Shown one piece after another: positions 1-13,031 of a DNA stretch of 64,000 bases. The stretch spans positions 1-64,000 of the forward strand of contig NW_021833419.1 in assembly GCF_006345805.1 (NCBI RefSeq), written 5' to 3'. The DNA is from Octopus sinensis (Eukaryota). Within the stretch, counting starts at the first letter, position 1, and the number at the start of each line of letters is the position of its first letter. The position numbers and the translations under genes were made by a program. The notes under the pieces are model-generated. The model saw only the letters and a program-made list of their open reading frames with translations. It had not been told where the DNA came from and made no database searches.

Positions 1-74
1 TTAATAAAGTAGATGATTCGGTATTATCTGGTAGTTGATGATTGATTTAGATATATTTCTCCATTTTCTCATTT

Positions 75-109
<35 letters not shown>

Positions 110-436
110 ATATATATATAGTAGGTACTGTAAGTTTAGAGTGAATACTTGATAAGTGTAAGCACGTGTATACGCCAGATACAGTGGCAGAGGTGAGAGA
201 GTATATATCATATATATATAGATAGATAGATAAATAGATAGATATTAAACGTTTTGTAGACGTCGTTATGTGGTAAGATATCTGCTTCTCAACCATTTGG
301 TTGCGGGTTCTGTCCCATTGCATGGCACTATGACTGGGGCACGTGTTTTCTACTTTAATTCCGGGCCGACCAAGGTCTTGGGAGTGGATTTGGTAGACGG
401 AGATTGAAAGCAGCCCATCGTGTGTGTGTGTGTATG

Positions 437-476
<40 letters not shown>

Positions 477-509
477 TAGGGAAGAGAGATGGTTATATAT
501 ATATATATA

Positions 510-705
510 GTTAATCTAAACATGAAAATACAAAGAGAAAACACAACAACGCGAGGACGTGGAACAAATATAGTATTATTGGACGCTCAGGAAGGAAGGG
601 AAGAAAGAGGGTTTAACGTTTCAAGCAGAGCTCTTCGTCAGAAACATAGGAAAAGGAAAGATCCAGAGAAGGGAAGATGGAGGAAAAAAATCGCCAACGG
701 TACAC
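510..705 (-). mobile_element. Solo Penelope pseudo-LTR-like repeat containing a minimal hammerhead motif
   Basis: Minus strand 611-645 reads GTTT-CTGACGA-AGAGC-TCT-GCTT-GAAA-CGTT-AAAC. The adjacent sequence resembles the PLE 3' terminus at 33712-33870, and the element ends in (TA)n. Confidence 0.55.
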
Positions 706-719
706 ATACTCTTTCTCTG

Positions 720-1110
720 TCTCTTTTACACTTTTACTTGTTTCAGTCATTTGACTGCGGCCATGCTGGAGCACCGCCTTTAGTCGAGCAAATCGACCCC
801 AGGACTTATTCTTTTCAAGCTTGGTATTTATTCTGGCGCTTCTTTTGCCGAACCGCTAAGTTGCGGGGACGTAGACACGCCACCATCGGTTGTCAAGCGA
901 TGGTGGTGGGGTACAAACACAGACACACGCATACATATATATACACGACGAGCTTCTTTTAGTTTCCGTCTACCAAATCCACTCACAGGACTTTGGTCAG
1001 CCCGAGGCTATAGTAAAAGGCACTTGCCCAAGGTACTACGCAGTGGGACTGAACCCGGAACCATTGTGGTTGGTAAGCCAGCTACTTACCACACAGCCAC
1101 GCCTTCGCCT
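720..1110 (-). mobile_element. tRNA-derived CORE-type SINE (family A), near full length
   Basis: On the minus strand: A box TGGCTGTGTGG, B box GGTTCAGTCCC, CORE-like ACCTTGGGCAAGTG, internal (TA)n(TG)n and a GTAAAAGA-type tail. About 20 related copies occur in the window. Confidence 0.85.
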
Positions 1111-1697
1111 ATGTATGTATATTTGTATGTGCTTTTTGTACAATATGCATATATATATATATACATTATATATATATATATATATACATATATATTATAT
1201 ATATATATTATATATATATATATATAGTATATATATATATATGTATATGTATGTATATGTATGTAAGTACACACACACACAGATATACATGCATACTGTA
1301 TTTCACGGCATATAATGTGCTCTCTTAAGTTGAAGAGAATATTTTATTGCAAAAAATGTCGACTCTAAAGATATTAAAAGCTAAACTTACAAGTGTTTTT
1401 TACCCTCGTCTTTCAGAAATGATGTCAGCACGTACGTATATTATCGTATGACAAACAAGTGAACAATAGAATAAAGTGGTTTATAAATTTTAATGGAAAG
1501 AAAATCAGGGTTTAAAAAAGAAATGCTGTAATGGAAAGGAACCCATAAAAAAGGTCACAAATCATAAACCATTCTTCGTCAGTGCTGTTTTCTTCAAAGC
1601 CTGAAAAATCGGGGATGGCTATGAATTTCGGGAAATTTTTTGCTACACTCAGAACCTTCTTCGTAGAGATGATCGTCTGTATTGTCGTTTAAGATGC

Positions 1698-2326
1698 GGA
1701 TCTTTTCCTTTTGAACGGCAGACAATTTCTAGTTAACTAAACACTTTAAAACTTCGTATACTGTTAGAATGTGTCAAAATAAAACAGTTTTTTTCTCTTG
1801 GCTTTCTTGAGAAGATTGTAATTCGTTTGTTTAACGTAGTTTAATTTTTCGAATTTTAACCAATCCTATGCTCTCTTTTGAGCTAAAATCATTTGCTGCG
1901 TCTAAAACTGAGACAACATCCTGTAACTAACCCTAACCCCCAATTTTTTTTTCTTAATTGTTAAATTAATTTAATTGTTACGCGTGTAAAAAAAAAACTA
2001 AAGCAAAGGAATTAAATTAATGTAACAATTAGGAAAAAAAATTTAGAGTTAGGGTTAGGGTTAGAGGGGAGGTTTAGGGTGGTTACAGGATGTTGTCTTA
2101 GTTTTAGACGCAGCAAATGATTTTAGTTGAATGGAGGTAATCGATTGGTTAAAATTGCCGAAATGCTCGGATTTTCAGACGAAATATCTTACAAACTATA
2201 GAATTTTCTCAATAAAACCAAGAGAAAATGATGTTTTATAAACATATTCTACCAGTATACGAAGTTTAAAAGTGTTTAGTTAACTAGAAATTGTGTTGAC
2301 ATCTGCCGTTCAAAAGGAAAAGATCC
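1698..2326. mobile_element. Foldback MITE, GGATC...GATCC termini, 8-bp TSD
   Basis: TIR GGATCTTTTCCTTTTGAACGGCAGA at both ends. The arms are inverted over most of the length. Flanks TAAGATGC / TAAGTTGC. Internal CCCTAA/TTAGGG repeats. Confidence 0.9.
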
Positions 2327-2359
2327 TAAGTTGCTTCTGTTTATACGAAGTTTTGTGAA

Positions 2360-2664
2360 GGGGCGTATGACTTAGTGGTCAGGGCATTCAGCTAGCAATC
2401 GTAAGAGTATGGGTTCGATTCTCGGCAGTGCAAGATACTTTATTTCACATTACTCATGTCTCCTCAGCTGATAACAATGAATTGTACGAGTAATTCAAAG
2501 GGCCAGCTTTGTCACGTTGTGTCACGTTGAATCTGCCTAAGAACTATGTTATGGGTACGCGTGTCTGTGGAGTACTCAGCCACTTGCATGTTAATTTCAC
2601 GAGCAGATAGTTTCCGTCGATCGGATAAACTGGAACACTCGTCGTCATATCCGACGAAGTGCCA
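2360..2664 (+). mobile_element. tRNA-derived SINE (family C)
   Basis: A-box-like TGACTTAGTGG and B box GGTTCGATTCTC. The 3' body matches 21064-21205 in reverse orientation, and the head resembles 16610-16783. Confidence 0.65.
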
Positions 2665-2685
2665 AGTTTATTGAATGTTTTTATA

Positions 2686-3018
2686 GGCGCAGGAGTGGCT
2701 GTGTGGTAAGTAGCTTGCTTACCAACCACATGGTTCCGGGTTGCGTGGCACCTTGGGCAAGTGTCTTCTACTATAGCCTCGGGCCAACCAAAGCCTTGTG
2801 TGTGGATTTGATAGATGGAAACTGAAAGAAACCCGTCGTATATATGTATATATGTGTGTGTGTGTTTGTGTGTCTGTGTTTGTCCCCTCAACATCGCTTG
2901 ACAACCGATGCTGGTGTGTTTACGTCCCCGTAACTTAGCGGTTCGGCAAAAGAGACTGATAGAATAAATACTAGTCCTGGGATCGATTTGCTTGATTAAA
3001 GGCGGTGATCCAGCATGG
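2686..3018 (+). mobile_element. CORE-type SINE (family A)
   Basis: Starts GGCGCAGGAGTGGCTGTGTGGTAAG and is collinear with the other copies, with small deletions. Confidence 0.85.
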
Positions 3019-4513
3019 AAAATTGGCAACAAGAATCAGTTCTTTGGATGAGTGGGAATAAATTTGGGAGGCAGAAACTGGGTAGAAACCCGTCTTCTTT
3101 ACATATACACGTGTGTTTGTGTGTGCCTATGTATATGCCAGTGTGTCTTTGTGTGTATGAATGCCACCCCCACATCACTAGACAACCTCTGTTGCTTTGT
3201 TTACGTCCCTGTAACATAGCAGTTTGACAAATGACTCTGACTGAATAAGTACCAGAATTAAAATAATTACTGAGGTTGAGTCTTTCGGTTTATCCAACGA
3301 AGCGAAGCTCCAGCACGGTAGAAACGAGGAAAAGAGAAAAAAGATACAGAGGAGGATTTATTTTAATGAAATGGGTTAGAAATTCTAACCTGTTTGTAAA
3401 TGGTAGCAGAAGTTGGAATTTTAAAGAACTTGAAAGGACTTAAATGGACGTACTTCGGTGAATAAGAATTTTGCATTCTATAATTGTTGTGAATCCCAAT
3501 TCTTTAAAAAAAAAAAGAAAAAAAACTGTGAAAGGTTTTTATCGGTGGTTTGAAAAAAAAAATTTTTTTTCAGAGAACAATAAGAACCATCATCTCTGTA
3601 TAAATCGCCGGATATAAAAGGAAATATCTCATGTCACGATTTTAATACCAATAATCACGCTATATCGTTCGCCTCGGTAATAATTTCAATAATTATTTGT
3701 GAACCTATTTTGATGCAAAACTGTCTGAATACTTTTTTTATCAACTACAATTTCATGTTCAGTTACATAATATAAGCATATAAATATTAAATGTATGAAA
3801 GCTTGTGTCTATGTAAACATATATACGAGTTACTACTTAGATATCAATGGAGCTATAATATATTATGTTTAACTCAAAATATATGTAAGTCATTAGTTAT
3901 AGTAGACGCAGATACATATACGTATACTACACATACATGTATAACTATCTGTCAGTGTGTATGTGTGAAATGAGTATGTGTTTGGGTGTGTATATATATA
4001 TGTAGAGATGTATGTGTGTGTGTACATGCACACACCCACACATATGCATGTTTGTATTTGCATATGTTTGTATGCATATATGTATCTGTATGTAACATAT
4101 ATGTATGAATGTAAATAAATACATGTGCATATGTATGTAGAGCTATTAGTGTGTGTATAGATACATGTATGTGTGTGTGTGTGTATATATATATATGCAT
4201 ACAGACGTGCACATATATTTGTGTGTGTATGGATTCAAAAAAAATATCTGATTCTCTCCTATTATACTGATTCTTCATAGAGAATGGTCTATGTTAGCAT
4301 ATACATAATTTATCTACACAGGCATATTTTGATTTTATTTCAATATAAAGCTGAATGGAGACATTTTGTATAATTCTGATTATTGGTCGAGTTTAACGTA
4401 TGACTTATAAATACTCTTAGAATTAAATTTATAGAAGTGCTAAAGTAGAAATATATATGATAAGGTTGCATATCTATTTAACCATTTCTAAGTCGGTCTG
4501 GATGTGAATGTGG

Positions 4514-4918
4514 GGATCTTCTCGGTTTGAACGGCAGTTTTTCCTAGCGGTGTCATATGAAATTGTCACCCATAATTATGACCCTAGTATCGATCTATTG
4601 CATTTCAATCTCTTTTAGGGTTAGTTAGGGTTAGGGTTAGGGGTGGGGGGAAGGGTATATTTTTTTCTTCAGAAATGTAAATAAACCCAATCTGTTTCTT
4701 AAACGAGGGACAGAATGTTTTTACCTCAATAGACGTCAGTTGAAATTGCAGAAATTGAAGGAAAAAACAACAACAAATATCTTACAAACTACAGAATTTT
4801 CTCAATAAAGCCAAGAGAAAAAGATGTTTTATAAACACATTCTACCTGTATACGAAGTTTAAAATTTTTAGTTACCTAGAAATTATGTTAAAAACTGCCG
4901 TTCAAACCGAAAAGATTC
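4514..4918. mobile_element. ~405-bp MITE (GGATC family), 8-bp TSD GAATGTGG
   Basis: TIR GGATCTTCTCGGTTTGAACGGCAG / CTGCCGTTCAAACCGAAAAGATTC. Exact TSD at 4506-4513 and 4919-4926. Internal (TTAGGG)-like tract. Confidence 0.92.
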
Positions 4919-5499
4919 GAATGTGGTCTCGTTATGTAATATAGTATAATATATTTAATTTTATTTTATTTATTCAAGTTGGAGTATATGCATGAGATGA
5001 GAGCTACATTTAATATAGCAGAGATTTAAATTGCATCTCCAGTTAGCAATTTGAGAGTCAACGTTGATGTTAATGCATCCACGAAATATTTTATATTAAG
5101 TAAATCCGAGTATTAGCAGAGGATTAGTTATAACATACAGAACTGTGTACAGGAGTACACGTGTTAGATGGATAAGGGTATTTAACGCTTATATGTAACT
5201 TTTATGAATGTATTATGCACCATGGGCGACTCCTGATAATTCAGCTGGCACAAGCAATGCTAAAAATTAAAGGGATATATTTAATGTGGGATACATCTAG
5301 CATGTATGTGACCCCTCGCTCCGGCTTTCTCTCATAGGAAATGAAAGATTGATATTAAAATCAAATCTGTTATATGCATTAACTTATAAATCTTAAGCGT
5401 GCGTATATACATGCACACACACATACACATACATGCATACATAACATGCACACGCACACACATGCATAACATGCGCACACACACGAATGTTTACATATA

Positions 5500-5800
5500 T
5501 CTCTCACTATAAACGGCAAAATGTCTGTGTGTGTGTGTCCTTGATACAAATCCACAATTTTTCAGTTAGAGGGCTCGCACTTTCTCTGATCATTCAAAAC
5601 TGTCCAAGGGTGGTCGTGCACATCTTTACATTTCCCCAGTCACCTCGCAAAGCCATATACAATCAATAGAAGTGACTTTTTTGTGAATTTTCTATCCAAA
5701 ACCGAATCAAAATGCCCGAAACTTGATACGCCAATTGAATGCCAGCTAGCTGTATGTGATTGGTCGGAGATTTGGACAGTACTCGGGTCAATAATGCTAG
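5500..5800 (+). mobile_element. Non-autonomous Helitron
   Basis: 5' TC and 3' CTAG, inserted between A and T with no TSD. The 5' ~130 bp matches 28476-28700 in reverse. Confidence 0.75.
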
Positions 5801-6074
5801 TATAATATAAATATTGTTTTTTTTTAAATTTTGGAATTGTTTCTCAAAGTTAATAATAATAGTATTTAAATATTGGGTTGAAAATTGCTTTGGGATAGTA
5901 AAAGTTGAAGGCTGTCCCTGGGATGCGAAACCACATCTCCTGTAGACATTACAGGCATTAACTTTATATGTATTTTGAGAACCAATTTAAGAAAAAAGGG
6001 ATTCCACGGTCTCTCGAAAGTTTATGAATTCTTATGAGGTCAACACATACATTTGAATCAAAGTATTTTAATAT

Positions 6075-6260
6075 TGGTTTCAAATTTTGGCACAAGGCCA
6101 GCAAATTCGCAGGAAGGTGAATAAGTCGGCTACGACGACCCCAAAAGGATAAAAAGCAAAGTCAACTTTGGTAGAATTTGAACTCAGAACGTAAAGACGG
6201 AGGAAATGTCGCTAAGCATTTTGCTCGGCGTGCTTAATGATTCTGCCAGCTCGCTGCCCT
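6075..6260 (-). mobile_element. Meta-domain-type tRNA SINE (family B), variant tail
   Basis: GAGCTGGCAGAATC head and GAGTTCAAATT B box. The tail GGCCTTGTGCCAAAATTTGAAACC differs from the main subfamily. Confidence 0.7.
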
Positions 6261-6363
6261 AAGAACATCAAGCAGGAGTCTCTCCGTTGTTGCTGAAATG
6301 AGAGGATCAACCCAGATTCCGCATCATGGTATTTTTCCTCCGAACCAAATTTTAAACTTTTAA

Positions 6364-6453
6364 TTCACCTGAAGAAAACGGTTCTTTTTTTTTTTAATTT
6401 TGTAATCGAATTTATTCAACAATAAAAAACGCTTCTGAAACAGCTGTAGTGAA
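6364..6453 (+). ncRNA. Candidate type I hammerhead ribozyme
   Basis: TTCAC-CTGAAGA-(imperfect long stem II)-GAAA-CAGCTG-TA-GTGAA. Stem I is TTCAC/GTGAA (5 bp), stem III is the palindrome ACAGCTGT, and the cleavage triplet is GUA. Confidence 0.55.
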
Positions 6454-6503
6454 CCTTTAACCTACTTGTGTTCTTCTTATTATACATATGAATAATAGAG
6501 TCA

Positions 6504-6808
6504 TAGATAGGTAGACAGACAGACAGCTAAGCTAGCTAGCTTGATAGATAGATAGATAGATAGAGACAGATAGGTAGATAGATAGAGACAGACAGATAGG
6601 TGGATAGATAGAGACAGACAGATAGGTAGATAGATAGAGACAGACAGATAGGTGGATAGATAGAGACAGACAGATAGGTAGATAGATAGAGACAGACAGA
6701 TAGGTGGATAGAGATAGATAGGTAGATAGAGATAGATAGATATGTTGATAGATAGATAGATAGATAGATAGATAGAGACAGACAGATAGGTGGATAGGGA
6801 TAGATAGG

Positions 6809-6860
<52 letters not shown>

Positions 6861-6892
6861 CAGACAGATAGATAGATAGAGAGAGAGAGAGT
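6504..6892. repeat. Compound (GATA)n/(GACA)n microsatellite
   Basis: Directly visible tetranucleotide array. Confidence 0.95.
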
Positions 6893-7006
6893 GACATTGT
6901 TTCGTCAGATATAACGTTAATTTGGCAGATAGAATTCCGAGGTCAGTAGAATTGTTTAGTCACAATAACGTGTATGCGCGCTTGTGTATGTGTATAACCG
7001 TGTGTG

Positions 7007-7089
<83 letters not shown>

Positions 7090-7270
7090 AATGCTGACAA
7101 ATCCTTTACTTTCTTTAATACATTTCTAAAAACACAAAAAGCATTACACCATTATAGTATAATACATATTCTGCCATAACCAAATAATTCTGAATATCCC
7201 GTACTGTGCATTTTTTTTTGTCACAGAAATATCAGATGAAGCTGACTCTATCTTGATTGACAATAAAACA

Positions 7271-7309
<39 letters not shown>

Positions 7310-7376
7310 TATTATTATTATTATCATCATTATCATCATTATTATTATCATTATTATTATTATTATTATTATCATT

Positions 7377-7426
<50 letters not shown>

Positions 7427-7475
7427 TATATTATTATTATTATTATTATTATCATTATTATTATTATTATCATCA

Positions 7476-7506
<31 letters not shown>

Positions 7507-7658
7507 CATCATTATTATTATTATTATTATTATTATCATAATTATTATATTATTATTATTATTATTATTATCATTATTATTATTATTATTATCATTATTA
7601 TTATTATTATTATTATTATATTATTATTATATTATTATTATTTTATTATTATTATTAA
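7271..7658. repeat. Compound (CAT)n/(TAT)n microsatellite
   Basis: Directly visible. It explains the poly-H/Y/I/L/M ORFs. Confidence 0.95.
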
Positions 7659-7860
7659 TGTAGTCATATAAAAAACAAAAATGGCTGACGTGAACATACG
7701 AATTATTATGTCTGAAGAAAGAGATTAGCTAACGTAATAGTTTTGTAATAGCATTGTGATGGCTTTAAACTTCATTCAGTAATAAATAATAATGTGTGAG
7801 TGTATATGTATACATATATACACACACACACACATACACACACACACACATATATATATT

Positions 7861-8680
7861 ACTCTTTTACTTGTTTCAGTCATTTGACTGAGGCCATGCT
7901 GGAGCACCGCCTTTAATCGAGCAACTCGACCCCGGGACTTATTCTTTTGTAAGCCCAGTACTTATTCTATCGGTATCTTTTGCCGAACCGCTAGGTGACG
8001 GGGACGTAAACACACCAGCATCGGTTGTCAAGCAATGCTAGGGGGACAAACACAGACACACAAACATACAGATACTCATATATATATATACATATATACG
8101 ACAGGCTTCTTTCAGTTTCCGTCTACCAAATCCACTCACAAGGCATTGGTCGGCCCGAGGCTATAGCAGAAGACACTTGCCCAAGATGCCACGCAGTGGG
8201 ACTGAACCCGGAACCATGTGGTTGGTAAGCCAGCTACTTACCACACAGCCACTCCTGCGCCTATATACATATAAATAATATATAATATTCTTTTATTCTT
8301 TTCAGTCGTTTGACTGCGGCCATGGTGGAGCACCGCCTTTAGACGAGCAAATCTACCCCAGTACTTATGCTTTGTAAGCCTAATACTTATTATATCGGTC
8401 TCTTTTGCCGAACCGCTAAGTTACGGGGACGTAAACACGCCTTCATCGGTTGTCAAGCGATGTAAGGGGGACAAACACAGACACAAACATATACACACAC
8501 ACACATATACATATATACGACGGGCTTCTTTCAGTTTCCGTCTACTAAATCCACTCACAAGGCTTTGGTCGGCCCGAGGCTAAAGTAGAAGACACTTGTC
8601 CAAGGTGCCACGCAGTGGGACCGAACCCAGAACCATGTGATTGGAAAGCAAGCTTCTTACCACACAGCCACTGCTGCGAC
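7861..8680 (-). mobile_element. Two adjacent CORE-type SINE copies (7861-8262, 8288-8680)
   Basis: Both are collinear with the family A consensus, in the same orientation, and diverged from each other. Confidence 0.85.
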
Positions 8681-9184
8681 CACATTTATATAATTTATAT
8701 ATTAATAACTATATAACAGCAATGAATAATACTATTTGCATGCATGCGCTTACAGGCGCGCGCACTCACACGCGCACGCCTCTATTATTAATAAAGTTCA
8801 TGAGAATTACTTCTGTAATTGTATTCTTTCTGTTATTTAAGATATCTCAAGCTATGTTAACTGAAGTCATGAGAAAAAATGCCATAAAAATACACAATTT
8901 ACTCTTTCAATTATCATGTTTTATTATATGTATATATGTATGTGTGTATGTAGCTATATGAGGAGAATTTTGATCCAGTTAAGTAATAGGTAATCTAATA
9001 TTTTACTCAGCATAAACCTCTGTTATTGTTAATAATTCCATGTGAATAAGCGGGCTGTAAAAACAAAATATAATTTTTCCGTCTGTAATTTTCAATGTTA
9101 TAACAAAATGTACGAACTTGCTAACACCCTAATAAGAAAAAATACGAAAATATTATTTAAAAATAATAATAATCTTTCATTGAA

Positions 9185-9232
<48 letters not shown>

Positions 9233-9426
9233 TATTTGCAGGATCCAATTGAATCAAGGTGTGTTAATAATAAAAACGCCAAGATGCGCCCGAGAACAGC
9301 ATATCCTCTATGTGTCTGTGTCACTGTGTATGCGTTTTGCTTCCACCGCCGCTTGACAACCGGTGATAAAATATTTAAGGCCCCCGTAACTTAGAGGTTC
9401 GGCAAAATTAACTGACAGAATAAGTA

Positions 9427-9630
9427 CCTATTTCTTTATTACCCACAAGGGGCTAAACATAGATGGGACAAACAAGGACAGACATAGGTATTAAGTCGAT
9501 TCCATCGACCCCAGTGCGTAACTGGTACTTAATTTATCGACCCCGAAAGGATGAAAGGCAAAGTCGACCTCGGCGGAATTTGAACTCACAGCGTAACGAC
9601 AGACGAAATACGGCTACGCATTTCGCCCGA
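9427..9630 (-). mobile_element. Meta-type SINE (family B) nested in the 3' part of a CORE-type SINE
   Basis: Family A sequence stops at AATAAGTAC (~9427) and resumes at AGGCTT (~9630). The insert carries GTCGACTTTGCCTTTCATCCTTTCGGGGTCGATAAA on the minus strand. Confidence 0.8.
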
Positions 9631-10616
9631 GGCTTTAAAAAGGCACCTGAGTCGATTCATGCGGCTAAAGCTTCTTCGAACTGGTGCCCCAACATCACCA
9701 TAGTCCAATGATGGAACAAGTAAAAGATAGACAGTTATCTCTGAATTCCTATTTATCAGAGTGTTCTAATCTAGACAATGCTTTCGTTTGTCGATCCTGA
9801 TAGGCAGAAAGGCGAAGTTGACCTCCTTGGGATTTGAACACAGAATGTGAAGAGCCGGAAGAAATACGGTAAAGCATTTTGTTCATCGCTCTAACAATTC
9901 TATTAATCACGAACCCTTCTCATTTCTGCTCATAATAGATGCTGGTGTTTTTCATTTGCCATATCATTTCTTCTGGCAGGACTTCTAAAGAAAACAGTAT
10001 GTTGATAGTACCGAGTCTTGAAACTATTACCGGTTAACCCAATTCATACCTTATATGAAGTCTTCACTAATGCATTTATAGAAAATGTCCCTAGTTACGC
10101 AGTTAGAGTTAAGAGGACAGTATTGTATATACGCACAGAGCAGGTAATATAAAATTTACAGAGTAGTTTATTGAATAGCAGTCTTCTGAGTCATTTAACT
10201 TAGAGCAATACACATGCACGCGCATGCTGTGTACATATAATGAACAATAAAAGAAAACACGGAAGGAACAAAGTATGATAAATAAAGTATTAGCTTAACG
10301 CTTTTGTGAACGAAAAAGTGTTGAAACGTTTCGGACTTAAGGCCTTCATCAGAATAAAAAAAAAGCGAGATATGTGGGAACTGAGAGTCAGAAATAGTCA
10401 GTGAAGATCAAAACAATAAGATAAAATAAAAATTAAAAAATGCTGGTGACAGGTTAGAGACCAGGTGGGAAAACTGTTTTATAGGAAGGGTAGAGAAGAG
10501 GGGAAGGGACTGGAAAACAGAGTGAAGAATATGTTACTGTATTGTGTCTGGGATCGAGCATAAGGGGCGGTAGTGGTGTGTGTGTGCTACAGATGTGCAA
10601 ATGTGGAGATATGTAA

Positions 10617-10722
<106 letters not shown>

Positions 10723-10799
10723 GGTGTGTATGTATATATTTATGTATGTATATATTATGTATGTGTATATATATATGTATATTTATTGATGTCATATTT

Positions 10800-11000
10800 T
10801 GATCGCAAGACCTGCAATTTCGGGAGAGGTGAGTTAGTGGATTACATCAACCCCAGTGTTCAACTGGTACTTATTTTATCGACCCCGGAAAGATGGGAGG
10901 CAAAGTCGGACATCGACGGATTTGAACTCAAAACATAATGACGGACGAAATGCCGCTAAGCATTTTACCCGACGTGCTAATGATTCTGCCAGTTCGCCTA
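10800..11000 (-). mobile_element. Meta-type SINE (family B), diverged
   Basis: GGCGAACTGGCAGAATC head, B box and Meta-like core on the minus strand. Confidence 0.7.
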
Positions 11001-11026
11001 TATATATATATATATATATATATATG

Positions 11027-11221
11027 GACGCCATGATAGATCGTTAGCTCCTACACGCATTTTTTCTCTCCTTGTTTTATTTTCTGTGTATCTTTCTGTC
11101 GAAGAGCGTAGGCTCGAAACGTAAGACTTTTTCTATTTCTATTCCTGAGCGCTATACTAATACATTGTTTGTTTGTACTCCACCTGCCTTCGTCTTTTGT
11201 TTATTTTTGTAAACTTTCCCG

Positions 11222-11225
<4 letters not shown>
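11027..11225 (+). mobile_element. Solo copy of the Penelope-like 3' terminal repeat with a hammerhead-like motif, between (TA)n tracts
   Basis: Closely matches the reverse complement of 33712-33870. Contains TCTTT-CTGTCGA-AGAGCGTAGGCTC-GAAACGTA-AGA. Confidence 0.75.
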
Positions 11226-11284
<59 letters not shown>

Positions 11285-11297
11285 GAGACAGAGAAAG

Positions 11298-11340
<43 letters not shown>

Positions 11341-12965
11341 AAGACAGATGGACAGAGAAGGAGAGAGAGAGAGGTAGAGAGAGAGAGTGTGTGAGAGAGT
11401 GGGTCTCACAGCCCACAAATCTGTCTGTTCTGTTCTTCATGTCATGTTTATCCCACTTGAAAGGTTAGCCTTGGGGCATTGGGCATAATATAGCCCACTT
11501 TCTACAAGCTCCGGGCAGTTTAAGCACAGCTTGTCGGTTTTATGTTGATGTTATGGAAACTGTGTGTCCAGGAGGCCTGTTGTTGATGCTGTCGGAATTA
11601 TGGCCTGGATGTATAGATATGCGAGTCAGTGAAACCTCAAGTGTAGCCCTCCCGCTTGCTCATGATTATTGTTCACCAAGAGAACATGGACGGCTTCACA
11701 GTTCTTTAAATGAAATGTTAGCTATCTTGGCTGAAAAACTGGCGAAAATATCACAAAACAAAAGAAAAATAGGAAAAGAAAAGACGAAATGAAGGCAAAA
11801 ACAAAATGGCAACTTAAAATGGCGTTCCATGGCTGCTACCGATCAATATTTATCTCTCCAACATCTTTCGGTCGGCTCTGCTTCACACTTTACAATTCAA
11901 TCATTATTCTCGGTGACATTTCAGTTTAGTCATGCGCGAATAATGGTTCTCGAATGAAACCCTCGTAGTTTCGCTCTTTCCTTTTCTTTCTTGTTCTGTT
12001 AGTTTCTTTCACTCATTCCTTCTCCGTCTCTTCCCCCTTACCGCTCCCTCTCTCTCTCTTCTCTCTTCCATTCTCTCTTTTCACACACATATATACATAT
12101 ACACATAATTTCTCTCTCTCTCTCTATCTTTCTTTCGTTTTTCCCCTTCTACATGGTGACGTAACCAGGTCCGTTATTGCTTCTTGTGTTTCTTGCCATC
12201 TAACCAGCACTCTTCACCGTTCCACGCCACACGGCGTCTGGAAAAATGTAGCTCTTTTGCCGGCCGTTGTCACAGTGAGACACAGCGTACGCTTGTATTG
12301 ACAGGTACGCAGAACTCGTTGTTGGAATGGGTGAAAATAGAACACGGAAGCCTAACAAACGAGGAAATTGAACGACAATTGTCGGTGTAAAGGAGAAAGT
12401 GGATTCTCCTTGAAATATTTCGTATTATTCTGCGCATAAAACACACAAAAGTCGATCTAACAACGCCAGTCAACCGTCCAATCAACTTAGCAGACATTAC
12501 AGCTTTAAAAACAAAATAACAACAAAAACAACCGCAATAATAATAATGATGATAATAATAATAATAATAATAACAATAATAATAATAATAATAACGGATT
12601 TTTCATTGTTTTTGTTTTTATTTCAATCGCCAAAAAATATTCATCCATGAAAATCTAATTTACATGGGTTTGTGTGTGTGTGCGCGCGTGTGTATGTATG
12701 TGTGCGTGCGTGCGTGTGTGTGTACGTGTGTTCTGTGTGTAAGTGAAAGCGAGCGAGCGAGTGAGAAAGAAAAAGAGAGAGAAGGAAAGGAAGAGAGAGA
12801 GAGATATAATGTGTGTACGTGTGCATGTGTATCTAACTCCAAGTGTAGGTGTGCATATCTTCGTGGAAGAGAGAGAGAGAGAGAGAGAGAGAGTGAATGA
12901 AAGAGGGAGAGAAAATGTAACTATATGTATGTAGGCAGATATGTGGTGTCGTTTGTGTGTGTGCT

Positions 12966-13031
<66 letters not shown>

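Noticed and set aside
2686-2760. tRNA gene-like A/B boxes here and at other SINE heads
   Set aside because: They continue into SINE bodies and lack a complete cloverleaf or a T-run terminator.
4619-4645. Interstitial telomere or chromosome-fusion site
   Set aside because: Only 2-3 TTAGGG units, and they are an internal part of the MITE family.
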